This document shows positions 8,648-13,361 of a stretch of DNA of 14,142 bases, one piece after another. A model generated the notes under the pieces. That model had not been told where the DNA came from and searched no databases. It saw nothing but the letters and a program-made list of their open reading frames with translations. The translations under genes and the position numbers were made by a program. This stretch comes from Candidatus Electronema aureum. Lineage in GTDB: Bacteria; Desulfobacterota; Desulfobulbia; Desulfobulbales; Desulfobulbaceae. The stretch is taken from assembly GCA_004284765.1 (NCBI GenBank), contig NQJD01000048.1, forward strand, positions 1-14,142, given 5' to 3'. The stretch's first letter is position 1; the number at the start of each line of letters is the position of its first letter.

Positions 8648-9106
8648 CTATTTCTGTTCAGGTTTTAACCTTGATTGAATCCAATGTTGGTTAGTATCTT
8701 TCAAGATAGATATATATCTATCATAGAATTTATCAATAACTTGTTCAGATATATTTTCATCTGATTTGATACAAGAATATAAAATATCTGTCTTTAATGC
8801 CTTTAGATCATTCGTTGTATCTGTATATTTAACCCATAATTTTTTATAATTAAAAAAAGAATCTAAAGTTGATAATACAGTTAGTGACGCACTTAAAACA
8901 AGTGCAAGATTTTTAAAAAATATTTTGTAAGTATCTTGTTCTATCCCTAAAAAAATTGTAATTAGAGCACTAATTATTATTAGTGTCATATTTAAATATG
9001 ACGACATTTTTCTATTAAACGTCCTTTTCTCTTCAAAAGATTTAATCTTTAAATCAACTTCCTGTTTAAGGAATGATATTTTATCTTCTATATGCTTTTG
9101 CATCAC
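8648..9106 (-). CDS. SLATT-like (DUF4231-type) two-transmembrane effector protein, first gene of the operon.
   Basis: 152-aa ORF with an N-terminal helix, then two hydrophobic helices (YLNMTLIIISALITIFLGI and FKNLALVLSASLTVLSTLDSFF). These are followed by NYKKLWVKYTDTTNDLKALKTDILY, matching the post-TM W...R/Y.T...L pattern of SLATT families. Start is GTG at 9106 or ATG at 9103. An agagagg Shine-Dalgarno sequence lies 8-11 nt upstream. Confidence 0.6.
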   Translation of the reverse strand: MMQKHIEDKISFLKQEVDLKIKSFEEKRTFNRKMSSYLNMTLIIISALITIFLGIEQDTYKIFFKNLALVLSASLTVLSTLDSFFNYKKLWVKYTDTTNDLKALKTDILYSCIKSDENISEQVIDKFYDRYISILKDTNQHWIQSRLKPEQK

Positions 9107-9184
9107 TTTCGTAGCCTCTCTTTATAAAAATCCAAAGCAGAATTACAGTGTGTCATTCCCGTGCTGTTTGTGATGCAGATTGCC

Positions 9185-9230
9185 CTTTGTTGAGATCGAA
9201 CCTGAAACTTTGTTGAGATCGAACCTGAAA
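9185..9230. repeat. Two perfect tandem copies of a 23-bp unit, 80-125 bp upstream of the SLATT-like gene; candidate operator or iteron-like site.
   Basis: ctttgttgagatcgaacctgaaa occurs at 9185-9207 and again at 9208-9230. Confidence 0.85.
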
Positions 9231-9896
9231 ATGTGGGATAGATTCATGTTTCAACATGCGACCTTTATGGGTCGCTTGAACGGGCAATTTACATCTGAGA
9301 TAAAAAAAGTCAAACATTTTTTAGAATTGTTTCAAAGGAAATAATTTAGAATGGACAGTTCAAGAAATTGTACTTCACCCGGAAACAGCGCGGCTCATCT
9401 CCTGCGGGCCGCCTGCTGATCGTTCAACTTTTGGCCTGCTGGACAATTTCAGCATCTGGTACGACCCCGGCAGAGCCTCGTACTGAATTTTTATACAGCA
9501 TGATACTACATAACTATGAAATATCATAGGGGAAAATAGCGAACCCCATTTTCTGAAACTGCCATTGAAAAATGGATAACCCCTATAATATTATTTGTAA
9601 TATAGTATTTCAAAAATTGGTTAAGATATTTAAGATTAGCGAATTCGCAGCGACTGATACATTTATCTGTATAAAAATATGTATTTGTAGATAAATGCAA
9701 TTATTTAAATAGAATATGCTGTTCATGCCAAGGATGACTGTATTTTGCCTTTAAATCGATTTCCTGTTAAAAAGGTAATTCCCTACGTTGGTTGGTTGGC
9801 AAGTGGAAATTCAGGCCATTCCAGTGCGATTTGGCGTATAGTGTGATAGGCTTGTGGAGGTATTGCCTCCCTTGCCCTGCGGCTGCACCTCCCTCC

Positions 9897-10823
9897 TTAC
9901 TGCTTGAATTCTCTTTTCCATGCGGTATAAGGTGCCTTCACAAGCATACATTCTGGCCCATCGCTGGCAATTATCGGTAGCAGGCCGGGGTCTTTCTTCT
10001 CAATGTATTTCAAAAATTCATCCCAGTATTCAGGAAAATTAGACTGTCTCGCTATTGGCTGCGGTTTGATAGCTGAATCTGCAATCTTTTGTAACGATTT
10101 GCCAACGTTTCCGGCCTTGGATTTTTTCCCATATCTCATATTATTTTTGATGATGATGAATTTGAGCCGGGTAATCTTGCGGCCTTCCCTGATAGTTTCA
10201 ACCTCAAAAGTCAGATCACATTTGTTTCTTCCAGTTTCGTCTATGGCTTCCATCTCCTTTTTGGCCTGAGCAAGGACGCGCTGGCTAAACCGTTTGTATT
10301 CGCGGTACTCATCTTTTTCGATGCCGAGAATTTCTCGAAGTTCTTTCAGCTCGAATCCTCGCCAGCCTATGGATGTATATTGACGCAAGAGCATGTATAA
10401 CCTAATCGTATATTTGCCCCCGAATCCTGTAATAATTGCCAGATCACAGATTGTAAATTCAGATTTCAGTTGGAGCAGGTACGGCTTCAAATCCGGCATG
10501 AAGGATAAAACAACACTTCCCTGCTTATGCTCTGCACGACATAGCCAGTGGATATGCACCAAGTTCCCTTGTGCCGATCTTATCGATAGAACGCGACTCA
10601 TAAGGTGCTTGGTTATCCCGACCAACTCCTTGTAGGCATCGGCCAAGTCAATCCCCATAAGCTGACTGAGTTCCTTGAGCGAAATATCGTATTCGTGCAG
10701 GGCATCATCCTCTGCACGAATTTTTGAGATTAGGCTAAAGATGAGTCTTTGTTCCAAGTTCGTTAATCTGTAACGTGCCTCTACTAACGAGTTCGACTGC
10801 ACGACCATAGTTTTTTTTAGCAT
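9897..10823 (-). CDS. Rep_3-family (RepB-like) plasmid replication initiator.
   Basis: The N-terminus MLKKTMVVQSNSLVEARYRLTNLEQRLIFSLISKI matches the Rep_3 signature (vvqsNeLieArY.Ltl.EqRli). I prefer the ATG at 10823 because gaggg lies 5 nt upstream. The ORF track extends to a TTG at 10889, which would overlap the promoter and operator. Iterons lie immediately upstream. Confidence 0.85.
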   Translation of the reverse strand: MLKKTMVVQSNSLVEARYRLTNLEQRLIFSLISKIRAEDDALHEYDISLKELSQLMGIDLADAYKELVGITKHLMSRVLSIRSAQGNLVHIHWLCRAEHKQGSVVLSFMPDLKPYLLQLKSEFTICDLAIITGFGGKYTIRLYMLLRQYTSIGWRGFELKELREILGIEKDEYREYKRFSQRVLAQAKKEMEAIDETGRNKCDLTFEVETIREGRKITRLKFIIIKNNMRYGKKSKAGNVGKSLQKIADSAIKPQPIARQSNFPEYWDEFLKYIEKKDPGLLPIIASDGPECMLVKAPYTAWKREFKQ

Positions 10824-10857
10824 TTTTACCCTCTTTAGTTGCTCAGTAATCTGTCCT

Positions 10858-10902
10858 TTCATCTTACTAAGGACTACGGAACTTGACAAGTGTAGTTCCG
10901 TA
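10858..10902 (-). promoter_or_regulatory. Putative rep promoter with an overlapping inverted-repeat operator.
   Basis: On the minus strand: TTGTCA (10889-10884), a 17-nt spacer, then TAAGAT (10866-10861). The 9-bp IR tacggaact (10875-10883) with agttccgta (10894-10902) overlaps the -35 and shares tgtag with the iterons. Confidence 0.45.
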
Positions 10903-10904
10903 TT

Positions 10905-10967
10905 GGGAATCTGTAGCCTTTTATATGGGAATCTGTAGCCTTTTATATGGGAATCTGTAGCCTTTTA
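10905..10967. repeat. Iterons: three direct copies of a 22-bp unit (the third is 19 nt), marking the oriV of the Rep_3 replicon.
   Basis: gggaatctgtagccttttatat occurs at 10905-10926 and 10927-10948, and gggaatctgtagcctttta at 10949-10967. They sit directly upstream of rep. An AT-rich stretch and the palindrome gtgcgcgcgcac (11034-11045) follow. Confidence 0.85.
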
Positions 10968-11226
10968 GGTGAATATCGCCCTGAAACTCCGTTCTTTTTC
11001 ATACCCGAAATAGGTAAATCTTTAAATATAAAAGTGCGCGCGCACCCGCGTTGATCGATCCCAATCCGCGAACAGCATTCAAGACGCTGCTACGCAGCCG
11101 ACAATGGGCCGCTCTGCGCTTAGGCTTCGCCTTCGCTCCGGGCGGTTTTTTCCATGAAAGAGGGAAAAAATGCCAGCATCGAGGCAGCCTCTTGACACGT
11201 TGTAGTGTCAGTTTTACAACTAAAAC

Positions 11227-11353
11227 ATGATCTATGAAATCACAAAAACCGAAACATTCGGTCATTGGCTGAAGCGACAAGTCAACACAGGAACGTGATA
11301 TAGAAAAAGCAAAAGAAATGATAAAACAAATCGGGGAATATCATGGCAATTGA
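11227..11353 (+). pseudogene. Remnant of a RelE/ParE-superfamily addiction-module killer (HigB-like) toxin with an internal deletion.
   Basis: N-terminal MIYEITKTETFGHWLKRQ runs into a TGA at 11296-11298. In another frame, ERDIEKAKEMIKQIGEYHGN* (11291-11353) matches the conserved C-terminal QxRDIxxAK region. The roughly 65 core residues between the two pieces are missing. Confidence 0.55.
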
Positions 11354-11618
11354 AATGAAAAGCTACAATCCGTTTGATTATCTTGAAACGAAGGATGAAA
11401 TCAACGACTACCTGAATAATGCTTATATGGATGGATACCCCAGAGTTTTTCTTTTCGCCTTGGGGTATTTATCGAAGATAACAGGGAATGACTGAAATTG
11501 CCAGAAAAGCGGGTTTGAAGCTGCTCCGCAGCAGGTGCCAATCCTGTTTTTTCCTTTTGAGAGAAGCAATGCCAACTTTAAAGCATTAACGAAATTCTCA
11601 TCGGATTATAAATCCTGA
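11343..11618 (+). pseudogene. Frame-disrupted remnant of the cognate HigA-like addiction-module antidote protein.
   Basis: MAIEMKSYNPFDYLETKDEINDYLNNAYMDGYPRVFLFALGYLSKITGND ends at a TGA (11493-11495). The expected continuation GMTEIARKAGLK is in the +1 frame. The C-terminal SNANFKALTKF piece is back in frame 0 and ends at 11616-11618. The ATG overlaps the end of the toxin remnant, as is typical for such pairs. Confidence 0.5.
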
Positions 11619-11648
11619 GAAAAAGAGGTAGGAAGTAAGAAGAGGATA

Positions 11649-11927
11649 TTACTTGAAAAGATCGCTGTGACTGCCAGTTCTCTCTAAAATCAAATTGTCT
11701 TCATCTATCGTATAGATAAGAATCCAATCTGGTTCAACGTGGCAGTCACGGGAAGGTTTCCATTTTCCAGTCAAGCTATGGTCTCTACAGCTTGCATCAA
11801 GAGTTTTTCCATTTGCAAGAAGAGAAACAATTCGCTTGAGCTTGTCTAAATCCTTTCCACGTTTTGCAGCTTTTTTTACATCTCTTAAAAACTGGCGGGT
11901 CTGTGAAACTTTTTTTATCGCTGCCAT
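11649..11927 (-). CDS. yafQ: Type II toxin YafQ (RelE-superfamily mRNA interferase).
   Basis: The 92-aa product aligns by eye along its length with E. coli YafQ, including the identical HVEPDWILIY and a similar RDH.L.G.WK..RD. It overlaps the upstream antitoxin gene by 13 nt. Confidence 0.9.
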   Translation of the reverse strand: MAAIKKVSQTRQFLRDVKKAAKRGKDLDKLKRIVSLLANGKTLDASCRDHSLTGKWKPSRDCHVEPDWILIYTIDEDNLILERTGSHSDLFK

Positions 11928-12172
11928 GTCTCAAACATCTCATCCAGACTGGCAAAAGTCTCAATTTCCTCTCGCCTTCTGCTTTTCGCCAGAGTCTCGG
12001 CTGTGCAATTGTTGGGGATTTCCAAAGGGAAGGGAAGTCCATTGCCAAGGCAAATTTGGCGATAGAAGATTCGTATTGCCTCAGTCGGGGTCAATCCGAT
12101 TTGGCTAAGTATCTGTTCTGCCTGATGTTTAATCTCAGGCTCAATGCGGGTGTGGATAGTTGCTGTCTTCAT
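11915..12172 (-). CDS. dinJ: Type II antitoxin DinJ (RelB/DinJ family).
   Basis: MKTATIHTRIEPEIKHQAEQILSQIGLTPTEAIRIFYRQI..NGLPFPLEIPN matches the DinJ ribbon-helix-helix N-terminus and the LPF motif. I prefer the ATG at 12172. The track's longer ORF (to 12232) would run through the operator palindrome. Confidence 0.85.
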   Translation of the reverse strand: MKTATIHTRIEPEIKHQAEQILSQIGLTPTEAIRIFYRQICLGNGLPFPLEIPNNCTAETLAKSRRREEIETFASLDEMFETWQR

Positions 12173-12205
12173 GGTAAAAGCAGTGTAGCACAAATGCAAC
12201 ACAAA

Positions 12206-12230
12206 GATCAAGCAGGTATGCTGCTTGATC
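12206..12230. promoter_or_regulatory. Palindromic operator overlapping a putative dinJ-yafQ promoter.
   Basis: Perfect 10-bp IR: gatcaagcag (12206-12215), spacer gtatg, ctgcttgatc (12221-12230). On the minus strand: TTGATC (12211-12206), an 18-nt spacer, then TACACT (12187-12182), about 9 nt before the ATG, which implies a near-leaderless transcript. Confidence 0.45.
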
Positions 12231-12386
12231 ATCGCTCACCTGTTCAATTTTTTTTGCACCACAGCCTTTAAAATAGTAGCTTTTTTTATTTTTAGAGATA
12301 GATTTCAGGCAAGGTGGGGAAGAGACTTAGCCTGCGTGTGCAGGGGAGAAAGGCAGAACACTTTGCTCTCTTTGAGATAAGCTATA

Positions 12387-13361
12387 ATGGATAACGAATT
12401 CATAAAAATAATAGGCCCAGCAGCAGGATTAGGCGGTATCGCTCTTGCTGTATTCTTGAGCTTATTTCATAGCTTCATTCGGAAGTTAAAGCCAGTATCG
12501 CTCACACAAGATCAGTGGTTTCGTATAACCAGATTATTTTTGATTCTTACTTGGGCAATAGGAGCACTTGGTATAATCGCTTGGGCATTTGCAAGTCAAA
12601 ATGATAAAGGAGAGACAAAAAAAGAACTTCGTGCTTACGAAGCAAAATTTATCAATGATATAAACTACCCTGATGGCTCTGCCGTAATGACTAAGGAAAC
12701 TTTTATTAAAAGATGGTCAGTTCAAAATATTGGCTCTGCGGCTTGGGATAATTTATATATTCAGAGGATTGGAGTAAGCGATGGAGAGGGGCTGCTTAAA
12801 TCGGAGAATATTGGCAAATTACCGTATGTTTCTCCTAATGATATGGCTGAAATAAGTGTCAAGCTACACGCTCCATCACGTGGCGGAAGAACAATTGCAT
12901 ATTGGAAGATGGTTAGTAAAAAAGATGATTTTGTTTTAAAAAAGCAGAATCCTATTTTTGTTGAACTTCTTGTTAAAGATAACAGTTCTTTTGTTGAAGA
13001 TGAAAATTGTCCGAACGGTTCTATTTTCAGAACAAATGATGAATTTAAAAAGAAATGGGTAATAAAGAATATTACAAATAAAAAGTGGGTCAATATCTTT
13101 TTAAAAAAAGAGACTGGCGGTTTGTTGGATTCAGTTAATTTGATGCCTATTCCAGATATTCCTTCTGGTGAATCACGAGAAATAGAGCTTAAAATAATGA
13201 CTCCAAGCGACCCAACAACAACAACGACATACTGGACAATTATTGATAATAAAGGAAATAATTTACTTCCCGGTTCTTCCAATATCTATATGACAGCTAT
13301 TATTGTATATAGGCCGGAAGAAATATTTGGTGGATATTACGAACGATGCGACATGAAATGA
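12387..13361 (+). CDS. Membrane protein with two N-terminal TM helices and two tandem NBR1-FW-like Ig domains.
   Basis: TM segments: IIGPAAGLGGIALAVFLSLF and ITRLFLILTWAIGALGIIAWAF. FW-like repeat 1: FINDINYPDGSAVMTKETFIKRWSVQNIGSAAW ... ISVKLHAPSRGGRTIAYWKM. Repeat 2: FVEDENCPNGSIFRTNDEFKKKWVIKNITNKKW ... IELKIMTPSDPTTTTTYWTI. Both match F-x-D-x-x-x-P-D-G-x-x-h-x-x-x-x-x-F-x-K-x-W-x-h-x-N-x-G-x-x-x-W ... Y-W-x-h. The stop overlaps the start of the lipoprotein gene. Confidence 0.6.
   Translation: MDNEFIKIIGPAAGLGGIALAVFLSLFHSFIRKLKPVSLTQDQWFRITRLFLILTWAIGALGIIAWAFASQNDKGETKKELRAYEAKFINDINYPDGSAVMTKETFIKRWSVQNIGSAAWDNLYIQRIGVSDGEGLLKSENIGKLPYVSPNDMAEISVKLHAPSRGGRTIAYWKMVSKKDDFVLKKQNPIFVELLVKDNSSFVEDENCPNGSIFRTNDEFKKKWVIKNITNKKWVNIFLKKETGGLLDSVNLMPIPDIPSGESREIELKIMTPSDPTTTTTYWTIIDNKGNNLLPGSSNIYMTAIIVYRPEEIFGGYYERCDMK

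Noticed and set aside
9185-9230. Possible tRNA 3'-end fragments (ggttcgatc on the minus strand), which would suggest an integrase att site.
   Set aside because: The flanks of the TTCGATC loop cannot form a T-stem (cagg against tcaa). There is no acceptor or CCA context, and no integrase is present.
9231-9344. A small 37-codon ORF (MWDRFMFQHATFMGRLNGQFTSEIKKVKHFLELFQRK) next to the 23-bp repeats. It shares the 11-mer cttgaacgggc with 6116-6126.
   Set aside because: It is too short and featureless to support as a gene, with no Shine-Dalgarno sequence. The shared 11-mer is not flanked by further similarity, so I cannot support it as a target-site duplication for block 2.
9660-9697. A 9-bp IR (catttatct / agataaatg) in AT-rich DNA downstream of rep.
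   Set aside because: The arms are short and AT-rich and could arise by chance in this composition. No T-run or other context supports a terminator or ssi function.
10824-10889. The TTG (10889) and ATG (10861) upstream starts for rep.
   Set aside because: The TTG lies within the -35/IR operator, and the ATG at 10861 coincides with the putative -10 hexamer. The ATG at 10823 has a gaggg Shine-Dalgarno sequence and gives a typical Rep_3 N-terminus. The upstream starts cannot be excluded without mapping.
10905-10967. Short direct repeats here and at 9185-9230, considered as a CRISPR array.
   Set aside because: The units abut with no spacers, there are only 2-3 copies, and no cas genes are present. 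The repeats at 10905-10967 are classic iterons next to rep.
10999-11280. A 93-aa minus-strand ORF between the iterons and the toxin remnant.
   Set aside because: It overlaps the start of the HigB-like remnant and its putative promoter (ttgaca at about 11201). The product is Arg/Pro/Ala-rich with no motifs. Probably spurious.
12173-12232. The 20-codon N-terminal extension of dinJ in the ORF track (MIKQHTCLIFVLHLCYTAFT).
   Set aside because: The extension has no counterpart in DinJ proteins and would be translated through the palindromic operator and promoter. The ATG at 12172 gives a canonical DinJ N-terminus.
11797-12271. ORFs at 11797-12048 (-), 11836-12108 (+) and 11864-12271 (+) that overlap the TA locus.
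   Set aside because: They are out of frame with, or antisense to, yafQ and dinJ, which match the E. coli proteins closely. They are shadow ORFs.
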